64,000 nucleotides of DNA from Eledone cirrhosa. Lineage: Eukaryota. The notes under the pieces are model-generated. The model made no database searches, was not told where the DNA came from, and saw only the letters and a list, made by a program, of their open reading frames with translations. Positions within the stretch are counted from its first letter, which is position 1; every line of letters begins with the position of its first letter. Location: assembly GCA_964016885.1 (NCBI GenBank), contig OZ024740.1:302126001-302190000 (forward strand), in the 5' to 3' direction. The position numbers and the translations under genes are program-made. Shown here piece after piece: positions 14,600-28,875 of this stretch.

Positions 14600-15138
14600 T
14601 AATTTTCATAGAAAAAGCATATAACGATATGTGCTTTTACAATTCTCCAGAGAAGCCGGAAGATGGGTAAATATTGCTGATGAGATGTAATAACATCGAA
14701 ACTTGTCCAATATTCCTGTCTGGCCCTCTGGGGAATAGAGGAAATGTGTTTCCTTGAAAACCCGTATGACTCTAAAACCCGGTCCGTCTGTGTGGTTACA
14801 TACAGACTAGCTGACACTCACTGTAAAGTGTCTAGTGAAAAGCTGAGTACATGTACATATGTATACATGTGTGTATTTATATGCATACTAATACTTCCGT
14901 ATACATATGTAGATGTACACTTTAACTTAATTGTTTAAGCGTCAGTCATACAAAAGTGAGTTAGAAGCGAAACGAAATTTAATTTCGTTTCGTTATTTGT
15001 TTTTATCGTTTCCGCTGAACCGGTGCGTACAATGACTCACGTTCTATGCAAATTAGTCTACCCACTACTAATTTTCATAGAAAAAGCATATAACGATATG
15101 TGCTTTTACAATTCTCCAGAGAAGCCGGAAGATGGGTA

Positions 15139-15183
15139 AATATTGCTGATGAGATGTAATAACATCGAAACTAGTCCAATATT
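15139..15183 (+). ncRNA. Canonical minimal Type I hammerhead ribozyme (representative of the 6 plus-strand copies)
   Basis: aatattgctgatgagatgtaataacatcgaaactagtccaatatt. The copy at 14670-14714 has ACTTGT instead of ACTAGT. Confidence 0.93.
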
Positions 15184-17271
15184 CCTGTCTGGCCCTCTGG
15201 AGAATAGAGGAAATGTGTTTCCTTGAAAACCCGTATGACTCTAAAACCCGGTCCGTCTGTGTGGTTACATACAGACTAGCTGACACTCACTGTAAAGTGT
15301 CTAGTGAAAAGCTGAGTACATGTACATATGTATACATGTGTGTATTTATATGCATACTAATACTTCCGTATACATATGTAGATGTACACTTTAACTTAAT
15401 TGTTTAAGCGTCAGTCATACAAAAGTGAGTTAGAAGCGAAACGAAATTTAATTTCGTTTCGTTATTTGTTTTTATCGTTTCCGCTGAACCGGTGCGTACA
15501 ATGACTCACGTTCTATGCAAATTAGTCTACCCACTACTAATTTTCATAGAAAAAGCATATAACGATATGTGCTTTTACAATTCTCCAGAGAAGCCGGAAG
15601 ATGGGTAAATATTGCTGATGAGATGTAATAACATCGAAACTAGTCCAATATTCCTGTCTGGCCCTCTGGAGAATAGAGGAAATGTGTTTCCTTGAAAACC
15701 CGTATGACTCTAAAACCCGGTCCGTCTGTGTGGTTACATACAGACTAGCTGACACTCACTGTAAAGTGTCTAGTGAAAAGCTGAGTAAATGTACATATGT
15801 ATACATGTGTGTATTTATATGCATACTAATACTTCCGTATACATATGTAGATGTACACTTTAACTTAATTGTTTAAGCGTCAGTCATACAAAAGTGAGTT
15901 AGAAGCGAAACGAAATTTAATTTCGTTTCGTTATTTGTTTTTATCGTTTCCGCTGAACCGGTGCGTACAATGACTCACGTTCTATGCAAATTAGTCTACC
16001 CACTACTAATTTTCATAGAAAAAGCATATAACGATATGTGCTTTTACAATTCTCCAGAGAAGCCGGAAGATGGGTAAATATTGCTGATGAGATGTAATAA
16101 CATCGAAACTAGTCCAATATTCCTGTCTGGCCCTCTGGAGAATAGAGGAAATGTGTTTCCTTGAAAACCCGTATGACTCTAAAACCCGGTCCGTCTGTGT
16201 GGTTACATACAGACTAGCTGACACTCACTGTAAAGTGTCTAGTGAAAAGCTGAGTACATGTACATATGTATACATGTGTGTATTTATATGCATACTAATA
16301 CTTCCGTATACATATGTAGATGTACACTTTAACTTAATTGTTTAAGCGTCAGTCATACAAAAGTGAGTTAGAAGCGAAACGAAATTTAATTTCGTTTCGT
16401 TATTTGTTTTTATCGTTTCCGCTGAACCGGTGCGTACAATGACTCACGTTCTATGCAAATTAGTCTACCCACTACTAATTTTCATAGAAAAAGCATATAA
16501 CGATATGTGCTTTTACAATTCTCCAGAGAAGCCGGAAGATGGGTAAATATTGCTGATGAGATGTAATAACATCGAAACTAGTCCAATATTCCTGTCTGGC
16601 CCTCTGGGGAATAGAGGAAATGTGTTTCCTTGAAAACCCGTATGACTCTAAAACCCGGTCCGTCTGTGTGGTTACATACAGACTAGCTGACACTCACTGT
16701 AAAGTGTCTAGTGAAAAGCTGAGTACATGTACATATGTATACATGTGTGTATTTATATGCATACTAATACTTCCGTATACATATGTAGATGTACACTTTA
16801 ACTTAATTGTTTAAGCGTCAGTCATACAAAAGTGAGTTAGAAGCGAAACGAAATTTAATTTCGTTTCGTTATTTGTTTTTATCGTTTCCGCTGAACCGGT
16901 GCGTACAATGACTCACGTTCTATGCAAATTAGTCTACCCACTACTAATTTTCATAGAAAAAGCATATAACGATATGTGCTTTTACAATTCTCCAGAGAAG
17001 CCGGAAGATGGGTAAATATTGCTGATGAGATGTAATAACATCGAAACTAGTCCAATATTCCTGTCTGGCCCTCTGGAGAATAGAGGAAATGTGTTTCCTT
17101 GAAAACCCGTATGACTCTAAAACCCGGTCCGTCTGTGTGGTTACATACAGACTAGCTGACACTCACTGTAAAGTGTCTAGTGAAAAGCTGAGTACATGTA
17201 CATATGTATACATGTGTGTATTTATATGCATACTAATACTTCCGTATACATATGTAGATGTACACTTTAAC

Positions 17272-17333
<62 letters not shown>

Positions 17334-17344
17334 GTATATATATT

Positions 17345-17405
<61 letters not shown>

Positions 17406-17625
17406 TTATATATGAAGAAGTCTGATAAGAAGATTGGACTGGAGTCAGGTCTACAGTACTACAGTACTTATATGGAACATAAGCCAACCATGTGTAAAAT
17501 GGTCGTAACTGAGCATCATCAATAGACACCTTAATTTGAAAGCTGGTTTCGTTAAGAATATATGCATGCATGATCAGAATGCCAATTTGGTTACCTTCCA
17601 CAGTTAAAATGAATCTACTGAATCG

Positions 17626-17705
<80 letters not shown>

Positions 17706-17798
17706 GGTAAACATTGATTTCCACATAGGAGTGACGGAGTAAATATCGAATAAGGAAAAGCGAAGTAGTTTCAGATGTTCAAATCCTTTAATAATAAT

Positions 17799-17872
17799 GC
17801 TGTGATATATATTTCAATGACGACACTGGCCACACTGTTCTGTGTGCGAGTGTCGTGACATCATCAGACAGC
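17799..17872 (-). ncRNA. Type I hammerhead ribozyme with extended stem II
   Basis: The minus strand reads GCTGT-CTGATGA-[long hairpin ACGACACT..CACAC/GTGTG..AGTGTCGT]-GAAA-TATATA-TC-ACAGC. Confidence 0.8.
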
Positions 17873-18320
17873 TTGTTACATAATAAGGTTATGTTTCCGA
17901 GGCAATCCAAATTGAATCGACATGGGAACGGATGAAGTGTGTGCCTTTGGGTTCTTCATCCGTTCCCCTGTGAGTATCAATTCACCCCCACCGGTCTGCG
18001 CAGGCGCATGTCCGAAGGAAGTTGACCATTAACTACCGCAGATTTCAATGAAATTCGCTTAGTCAGTTCACCCTCTCAGCAAAACAATGGCCCGCTTAGG
18101 CCTGTACCATAGTTTACTGCTACCCATCCCGACTGTAGCAGTCAGCCGAAAGCAAGAGGGGATAGGAGAGTGTCAGTTTTTACAGGTCACAATACTACCT
18201 CTCACCAAGCGTGGACAGTACGACTGACCATCAACTCATAAGAGAAAATAGAACTTGATTCTAGGTATCATGGTTTTTTATTGGAAGTTAAGAGTGAGAG
18301 TTGGAAATATATATATATAT

Positions 18321-18435
18321 GAAAAAATTCAGGATCCCAACGGCTGAGCTCCGGCCATTTCGACTGCTAGATCTGATCGTTCGGATCTAGCTGTCGAACG
18401 GCCGAAGCTCGGTCGCGGGGGTCCTGAATCTTTTC
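18321..18435. repeat. Imperfect 115-bp hairpin between TA repeats
   Basis: ttcaggatccc...ctagatctga tcgt tcggatctag...ggggtcctgaa. Confidence 0.75.
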
Positions 18436-18510
18436 ATATATCCACTTTACTACCCCAAGTGTCGTGTACTCTGGTGTGTTGTATGTCTAGCTGGTTTTTA
18501 CCACACCCTA

Positions 18511-18736
<226 letters not shown>

Positions 18737-20061
18737 CAACTGCCTTAATTGAATACCTGTAAATATGAATATAAATGCATGTTTCTAATCACATACTGTC
18801 GGATTAATGCTTTTACACCGAGCAAAACGACGAATATAACAATTAATATATCAGTCACGACAATTATTACTATCTATATGAATGCATTTTAGTAAATCGC
18901 AGATTCTCAGAATTAAGCTCATTGACTTTACAGAAATTAAAATGACGATTAAGAGAATTATAATAGCAATAACTACAATAACCACATCTTGGAAGCCAGT
19001 CTACCACCAGCTCACAACTGTTACAACAATATTTACACTAACTTGCATATTCGACATGCAAAATACCAATTTAAAGGTAAAGAAAACTTCGATGACAAGT
19101 AACTCTAATTTATGGCTAATAGCTACTAAGGTATATATATATATATAAGTCAATATCCTAGTAGTACCTTACCTAATTTATCTTTCATTTCGGCGTTTCT
19201 ATTTGCGTTAAATACTTGTGATCTAAATCTCACTTTTAGATGTTTTTATCTAGGAAAATATTCTCAGTTCTAGGTTGCGCCTCTATTTACAGTTGCTTTA
19301 TGTGCTAAATAGTCTCATTCTATATAGCATGTTGCCTGAATTCTATCCCCATGCTAGCTGTTATATCTTGCATGAATTCACCAACCTTCCTTAGATGGTT
19401 TTCTATATTGCTCTGATAATTCTGCATAATTTAGATCATCCATACAAATAGCATACCTAATTCATAATGAGTTCCCATTATTTGTAATACCTGGCGCCTC
19501 GTTCAGTAGGATTGTTAATAGTGTCAGAGCTCGACAAAAAGATAGAGGATATCATGACCGACCTTGTGATTTACCTCTTCCAAATTTACAGGGTTAGTTT
19601 AATTGTTTGATGTTTCTGTTGTAATATATTCATTTTCAATTTTGTCATGAAGGTTGATGTATTTTATTTGGGTTGGGTTTCCTTTCTCCACATGGAGGGA
19701 CTCCAGTATAGAGGAATATGAAATACTATTAAATTACTTTCTGTAGGCAAATCATACCATACTGGGATTGTTTCGCTTTTGTCTCTATATTTTAGTTCCT
19801 ATATTTGCTTTGTCCCCGAATAGCTTCACTTCCCAGCCATGAATTCCTGTATGGCTGTATTTCTGTTCTTCTGATAATAGATTATTGTGTTGTATCTGTG
19901 TATCTAATCTGTCGAACTGAATGGAAGTGAGTGATTTATATACCGTTAGTAGGTATGTTATAATTCTGTGGGTACACAATGTATGCTTTTGTGGTATTAA
20001 TTTGATCTTCCCATCAGGATTCAAGTAGGTTTTTATTCTTATGTGCTTATCCAATCATTAA

Positions 20062-20196
<135 letters not shown>

Positions 20197-20889
20197 ATAT
20201 CTATCTATCTCTGTCTCTCTCTCTCTCTCTGCGTATCATCTAAACACAAACACACAAATACAGAGAACAGAAGCAAACTTACTTTACTCTTATTTTAAAG
20301 AGATTCCACAAACACTCGTACAACCTAATACCGAAGTGAAGATAAGTAAGAACCGCAAACGCCTAAAACACTCATAAAAACCAAAACATCTTGCTTCACA
20401 TACTCCAGTAAATGCAGAAAACACATCCACATCAAATTCAGATACATCTAAAGCAATACAAAACAAACGGTCAATACAATCGTCAAAGCAACCACTGCTA
20501 CCACCACCAGCATCGCGAAAGATGATGCGACCGCAACTACAGACTAAAAAAACACAAACTACAACAACCAACCACACAGACACCAAACTTCGCGCAAGTG
20601 AAGAAAGCTAATTAAGAATTGATACCGCCACACCACAACGGAAAGATTTTGAGAGAGATGGGAAGATTTTCCGCCCAAGCACCATAGGATCAAATTAATA
20701 TGTAATCAAAAAAAAAATGGCCAAGAAAATGCGGAAAAATCGAGCAATAAGATTGAATAAAGACACCCCACCAAGTGATGACAGCTAGCGAATCTTATGC
20801 TAAATACACACGTCAGCTGGGTGTTGGAGGAGTAACATCAACACATGCACGGAACATATCACATGTTGACTAAAGTGTTACACAATAGC

Positions 20890-20944
20890 TGTCTGATGAG
20901 GTCGTCTGCATTACTTAATAGATACCATTGAAATATATATAACA
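20890..20944 (+). ncRNA. Degenerate Type I hammerhead motif at the 3' end of a PLE-like fragment
   Basis: TGT-CTGATGA-GGT..TCT...AGA.ACC-ATT-GAAA-TATATA-TA-ACA. The flanks resemble those of the 17799 motif. Confidence 0.6.
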
Positions 20945-21050
20945 TTAACAATATAATCAATAAAATAATACACTGACCGCTTCATATATATATATATATA
21001 TAGGAAAAGAAACAAAGGAGGCAAAATTACACAGTTATAATAGGTTACCG

Positions 21051-21117
<67 letters not shown>

Positions 21118-22322
21118 TATCATTGCTTGATTATAATCTTATTCATGTATAATTAAATATATAGAGCTTTAGGAGAATATAATGATTGAGAGTAAGTATA
21201 ATAGACTTGAGTCAATATAATGTGAGTTGTAATAGAATGACATTGATAATGAGACGAGAGAGACGAAGGAAAACATGGAGCGAGGAAAAAAACCGAGACA
21301 GTTAAATAAACATTCAACCATTTATAGCATACGCTATTATAGATAAGCAGACAGATGGGCAAACAGAAAGAAATAAAGGAAGTATGAAATAAAATGGAAA
21401 GAAAGTAATGAAATAAATAAATAAAGAAAGAAAGGGAAAGCAGGAAAAAGAAAGGAATTGTTTAATACAGTTTGTTCATATGCTCTAAGATAAAATAATC
21501 ATTTACATATATTTAAGTACATAATTTATATGTAGATATGTATAATATATTAATTTTACGTGAGATGAGGAGAGAAAGCAAGAACGAGAAAAAAATTGAG
21601 AATGATACGAAGCGAGAACGAGATAAAGCAAGAGAGGGGGAAAGGCAGAAAGGCACAAAGAGTTACTCTAAAAAAGGTTTGATGACACGTCACGTCAATC
21701 GAACATAAAAATAATTATGAAAACATTATCAGCTCTAATCCATCAATGACGCTAACAGTTTGATTATGACCAAAACATTGAAATGTTGCTTTCAGTCACT
21801 CTCTCTCTCATTCTTCCTCTCTCTCTTTCTGTATATCTATCTATATATATATATATATATGTGTGTGTTTGTGTGTGTAAAAGGTAAACAGAAATAACTA
21901 GCAGCTTCTCTTACAACTAATACATGCCGACTATATATGCTCACTCCAATTTTCCCTTCACTGCTCTGTATACACACATACACACCTTTATATTAACATA
22001 CTTTTGCTCATAGCTTCGTACTTACATGCACACACACACACACAAACACATGCTTACGCACGTGCACAAGTATAGCTCTTTTTACAAAACGTTTTTTTCC
22101 CATTTCAGGTAGACGCGCTCCATCATCCATTTTTCTAAAAAATAAATCATACACAAAACGCCAGCATCAACAGTTTTGCAGGAGATGTCAATATGAATGG
22201 ACCTTTTAATTTTATCTAAAGACATTTTTTCCAATTCCAGCCCGCCCGTCCCCTCAATCATATGTAGGGTATATAAAACACTCATTGCCGAATGAGCTGC
22301 ATGAACCTATCGATAGAAAATT

Positions 22323-22399
22323 CAGGGGTCGATAAAATAAAGTACCAGTAATGCACTGAGTAATGTCTGGCCTTGTGCCAAAAGTAGAAACAATTATTA
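22323..22399 (+). mobile_element. SINE 3' fragment
   Basis: ggggtcgataaaataaagtaccagta...ggccttgtgccaaaagtagaaacaattatta, shared with the copies at 48131, 57379 and 59912. Confidence 0.75.
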
Positions 22400-24285
22400 G
22401 GAATTCAGGCATAGCGAATATGTCAGCTGACATTATTATATGCGAGGGCTGGCTCCCTCCAACTTACACCCTTTAACGGTAGGGATGAATTAACATGCTG
22501 ACTGTATAAAGCTCCTATTTTCTCGAGTACTGTTTGGCTGCTCCTGTCTTTCATTTTGAATATCCTCGCGGAGACACGTGCCGCCAAGATAAAGTAGGCA
22601 ATTATATCTGAAAACATTGGTATACAATCATACCATACGCTACATATGTGCTAGTGCCTACACTTATCAGTTACAACCGTCCAAGCAAATAACAGCCAGC
22701 AGGAGACCCAGGAGTAGACCCGAAGAAGAAGAAGAAGAAGAAGAAGAAGAAGAAGAAGAAGAAGAAGAAGAAGAAGAAGAAGAAGAAGAAGCGAATTTGT
22801 TCAACATCCGCAGATAATAATAACTGCAACCAAGTATAAAACGAACTTTTAAAGTCAATCTCAGATTTGTGCACAACTACATTATGTCATTATCCTACGA
22901 GGCACTATCATTAATCCAGACCCATGTACTATCTCACACACGCTCTTGAATTCAATATAATGCAACATTCCTTCATGCAAATGTTCCCAGACAATATCCA
23001 CCCATAGCATTACCAGCTTTAAATTCATCATAAAATCTATGTATGTTTGTCCATTTCCATTTAGCGATACTACTATACTTTGTATATAGATAGGGATGAA
23101 GACTGAATAGTATGATTGCACGTTTGTTTTGTCTTGGACTGTTTCAGCTTCACATCTGAAAAGAGAGAATTAGCCGTTAAATATCATGGTAAAATACATA
23201 GGGTAAAACATTACCTTCGTTTGATTTCGTTTCATTAATCGTAATTTGCCCTTCGTATTTTCTATCGCCTTGTACCAGCCTTTAAAAAAACGTATCGGTC
23301 CCTTAATACATATCCCACAATGCTTCATATTAACTGTACTAATATCTAGAATCTATTTTACTCTCTTTCTCTCCCTCTATATATATATGTACACACATAC
23401 CCGCATGTACACATACACGCATGTACACAAACACACACACGCACACACATGCACGCACGCACTCACACACACATATATATATATATCGTTTACCTCATCT
23501 TATTTACTTGTTGACTCTTTTCTTTTCTGGTTTTATACATTTTTTGGTGTTTGTGTGTGTGTGGGGGGGGGGGGCAATTTTACTTCCTTTTTGCTAGTAA
23601 TCTGAATTATATACGTATGATTGCCTGTGATTTTGTGTGTATTTTTCATGTATGTGTGTCCGCACATGTGTGTCTGCAGCAATGTGATATCTGATCTGCA
23701 GGCACGGTCTGGAAGTATTATGCTGACGAGATCTTAAAAGAGCGAAATATATGGAAATAGTTGGCTTTTGCAAGCAATAAAGTTAGGAATCTTCTTTCTG
23801 CATTACGAAAATAGCATTAAGAAAAAAGATGTTTTTATTTCTTTGAAGATTGCGCCTTTTGCTTGTAACACGATGGCAACTGCCGCTGTATGACTGCTTC
23901 CAACATCACAGGAAAGTAGAATGAAATAATAATTCGTAAGTCATTTAGCACACAACAGTAAAAATTACATCACACCAAACCAAGATATTGACCCCAAGCA
24001 TTATTTCTCTGATCTCATTCTATTTCCAATTATGTAAATTAATGTTTACTAAATATATCTAACATTTATTTTAGAGTGAAATTTTAATAATTGCTCTTGG
24101 GTATATGACACTTAAAAAATCTAACACACCAAAATACAAGTAAGTTGTGTCTTGACTGCTTCAAAGATCGGAATCTACATTTCCTACTATGTAAATTCTA
24201 TTTGTTAATTTCATGTAACTTTTTCTTCGCTCTGAGATTCGCAAAATGACGGAATACTTACTTAGCAAAAGCAATAAATATATGC

Positions 24286-24356
<71 letters not shown>

Positions 24357-25363
24357 TAAATATATATATATAGTGTATAATAAACAATACAATATAATTA
24401 ACTCATTACCAGAGGATTCCCGAGTAACAAGAATACAAAAAACGTCCTCATTTGTTCGTCGGACAAGGCAATTTAAAACATAGTGAAATATTTGAAAAAT
24501 CTCCTCAAGAAAGGCAAAAGTTTAACGGGCCAAAAAATATATTAATAAAAGTAATGCAAGAGATATATAAAAATAAAATAAGGAAATATAGTTAGGGTAT
24601 GTGTATAAATGTGTGTATATTCACTCAGAAATATACATATGTGTGTATGTACAAATGCATGTGTATAGTGAAAAAATGTGTACGTAAGTACATATATGAG
24701 GGCAAACATATCAGTGTATGTGTGACCACAAATACGTATATAATATATGTTGAAAAAGAAATTATAAGATAATAGAGTTAACGTACATCCAGACTCAGGT
24801 ATTAAAGATTGAAATATATACACATACAAGTATTAAAGAACGCGTATAAACACACACACACGCGCGACCACATACATGCAAGTGATATATACAGGGAAGG
24901 GAGTGTATTAGTCAAAGCAGTGCCAGTCTGAGGCTCGATACATATATAAAAATGAAAAAATATATGAGAATAAAAAAAAAAATGTTAATCAAAGAGAAAG
25001 TAAGAGGAAGAGGTTATCAATTATAAAGTAACACTAGAAAAAAGAGAAAACAAACATAGGTTTGTACGTACACACATATATATATATATATAAATATATA
25101 TAAATACGTACAGACAAAAGCACATACATGCGTACATACATACAAAGGCGCGCATACATACATACGAAGCATATATATATATCACACGCACGCACTCGAC
25201 TATATATATATATATATATACACATACATACACATACATATATATATACATATACATTCACCCATACACACACACACGTGTATATAAGTATGTAAAAACA
25301 TACAATGGCGCGCATACATACACACAAAGCACATGTATATCTAATCGCACGCACGCACGCGTC

Positions 25364-25394
<31 letters not shown>

Positions 25395-25689
25395 ATACAC
25401 ATATGTATTTATATATATATACATATACATGCACCCATACACAACTAGTTAGGAAATTACAAGTACAATCCATTTATGGAAGAGTAAAAATATGTAAGAC
25501 ATTCCAAAAATATTGCATCTAATAACTGCATATACACATATACAGGTGCAAAGCATATACACATGCACACATACAACTCAAAACATACACATCCACACAT
25601 ACAATAACATCCATATCTACACATGCATGCATACATACCTACCTAGTTGTGTAAATTCCAATGAGAGTCTTGTGTCTATGTTAGAAATC

Positions 25690-26382
<693 letters not shown>

Positions 26383-27589
26383 CAGAAAAGGGGTTTGCAA
26401 TACATGCCGTAAGGTATGAATTCTCATTTTCTTTAACAGTTTCTCATATGTGGGAGGCCTGTAACAAGAACACCGACAATTTTTACTTTTTTATAACATA
26501 ATAATATATCATTATTAAGCAGTGCGCCAAGCAACCGAATAATCATGATGAAGTTATATCTGTATATATAGAGAGAGGTTAACCAACTCTACAAAATCTG
26601 TATATTAATACATATTTTTTAAAACATATAAACATGTAAGATTGCCAGAAATAGGAATTTCCCTGTAAATTGAAAAATATGATAGACACATTTAATCGAT
26701 TTTCGAAACTAGATGTGGCTTTATCCGTAGGTGTGTATGTCATATAAACAAAAACAAGGAAACACGCATTTGATGGCCATTCAATCATAGTAATTTTCTG
26801 AAATGTACGTACTCGTATGTATACTAATGTATGCAATAATGTACATACTAATGTAATATAATGTAACCTTATGTAATATATCCTTAGGGTTGGTGAGATG
26901 AACATTTTCGTTTATTACTTTATATTGGATAAGTTCCTCGAATGTTGTAATGTATTCGTTTCTATTAATCGAGGGAAAAGGTGGCCTGGTTCCATTGAAT
27001 ATCAGAAAACCAGCAATCTATATCAACAATATTCTTTTTGGGGACTCTAGCCAATACTATTCGGCTGTATATGGAGTAGGTAATTATTTATTGCTCTATT
27101 TAGCAACAGACTGGTGGTAATTTGGGATCGCCTAGATCAATACCAATCGATCATATATATTTTAGAAGGTTTACTTGTGGTTAGTGACGTTACATTAAAA
27201 CTCCTTCGAGGAACCCCCTTTCGGCCATTTCTATTCGCGAACGTATTCTTTTGGTCATTACCCAAGGTTCATGACAATATTTAAGGGTTGGCACGAATGC
27301 CAAATTAAAGATAACGTATTTGGCCTTTACAAATACATTCTTTCTGCTGATTATCTAATGCTGAAGCAAGTGCATTACTGCAACAGCTCCAACAATTCTT
27401 ACACTTAATTCAGCCTCCTGCCTTCCATCCCTCATGTATACGGCCTCGATATACTTGAACTTAACCTGCTTCAGTTGAACTCCTCTTACGCAGACTCCTT
27501 TAGAAGACGAATGTCTTAGATTTCGCTTCACAGTTTTTCATGTCTGCTGTCCAGACTTCGGTAGCACATCCTATCAAATGGATATCGGA

Positions 27590-27608
27590 GATGATGATGA
27601 TGATGATT

Positions 27609-27680
<72 letters not shown>

Positions 27681-27776
27681 GTCATCGTCGCCGTCGTCGT
27701 CGTCGTCGTCTTCTTCTTCTTCTTCTTCTTCTTCTTCTTCTTCTTCTTCTTCTTCTTCTTCTTCTTCTTCTTCTTC
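27590..27776. repeat. Compound trinucleotide repeat (GAT)n(CAT)n(CGT)n(CTT)n
   Basis: Directly visible. Confidence 0.95.
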
Positions 27777-28256
27777 TCTGCCCACATATTCCGGGGAGGT
27801 TCTTAAGGGCAGAGTCCTCAAGCACGATTTCTCGCAAGCACCAAGTAGAAGATAAGCCGAACTCTGGATGTTATCCTATCACTTGGTCTGCTTCCGGTTG
27901 GTTTTGCCTGTAAAATCTGTCCTGTGATTTTTCCTGAGGCATTATGTCTGTATCATCAGAATACGGCGTCGAGACGCATTCACACCACATCGTCCTTCGC
28001 GCGAAATAAAAAAGGGACGTGTTCAGGACTACACGAAAATTATATTACAGTTTCCATCGAATCCTGCCAGAACTGGTGATGGGGCGGCAGTTTGCCCTGG
28101 TAGGCGTGGGATCAACGCAAATATGTTGCACATCGTAACAGCTAAATGATGGACTGGGCGAGAGAAAACTTTAACCATATCAACCAGCATAGGGCACAAT
28201 CATAAGTACCGTGGCCCGACACTTCTCCAACAGCAGTCGCAAGCGTGGGAGGTATC

Positions 28257-28294
28257 GTCCTGATGAAGACTAGTTAAGTCTGAAATGCATAGAC
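28257..28294 (+). ncRNA. Canonical minimal Type I hammerhead ribozyme
   Basis: GTC-CTGATGA-AGACT agtta AGTCT-GAAA-TGCA-TA-GAC, with palindromic ATGCAT stem III. Confidence 0.8.
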
Positions 28295-28429
28295 CACTAT
28301 CCCCCTTATTTTTGCTTGACACCACCAGAGGGCGTTTGCCCCGGTGGTTTGCATAGCTACGGCTTCCTAAATGATTACACTGTAAACATACCCTAACTCT
28401 TTAGAGATACGAAATTTCTATACATGAAT

Positions 28430-28875
28430 ATCAAAGGAGGTCATGTGCTCGGGTCTAGTCGGGGATTTCTCAACAAATGGGTTTACTATAGATGCGGATG
28501 TAGGATGGTGACTCCTCTATTCAGGTGAGGTACAATAAATGACCGCACTGGCAGGGATCGGCTGTATCCCATTGCGAGAAAGGCAGGATATGCCACAAGA
28601 GGCTTAGGCAGAAGGAAAGGTTTCTGTGAACCATGGAATTTTATGCGCTAAACAGAGTTTGAATACCAAACCTTCCTTGATGAGGTCACTGTAGCGTTAG
28701 ATGTATTTAAGACTACGTTATGTATCCTAACGGGAGACATCTTTGCGCATATTGGCTACGATCACCTGACATGGAAAGGACTGATTGGAAGGGCGTTGAT
28801 TCCCATCAAAATATGAGTGAGACTTGCTTTTCTAATGGGCTCTCTATTATGGAAACTTATTCCAGCACAGACATC
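28430..28875 (+). mobile_element. Decayed RTE-type LINE AP-endonuclease fragment
   Basis: Frameshifted translation EYQTFLDEV..AL...ILTGDIFAHIG resembles the GDFNAHVG motif. Confidence 0.45.

Larger units (their letters stand above)
14373..17277 (+). repeat. 469-bp tandem array, right arm (about 6.2 units, inverted relative to the left arm)
   Basis: Reverse complement of the left-arm unit. HHR motifs start at 14670, 15139, 15608, 16077, 16546 and 17015. Confidence 0.97.

Noticed and set aside
9552-17277. CRISPR array or tandem 5S/snRNA/tRNA gene cluster
   Set aside because: There are no variable spacers and no recognisable 5S, U snRNA, SL or tRNA sequence.
9620-17415. Repeated 64-aa and 72-aa ORFs in the 469-bp unit
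   Set aside because: They are short, start at non-ATG codons, overlap on opposite strands and have no recognisable domain. The RNA structure explains the sequence better.
27500-27913. Poly-D/H/R/L/E ORFs
   Set aside because: They are a compound trinucleotide microsatellite read in several frames.
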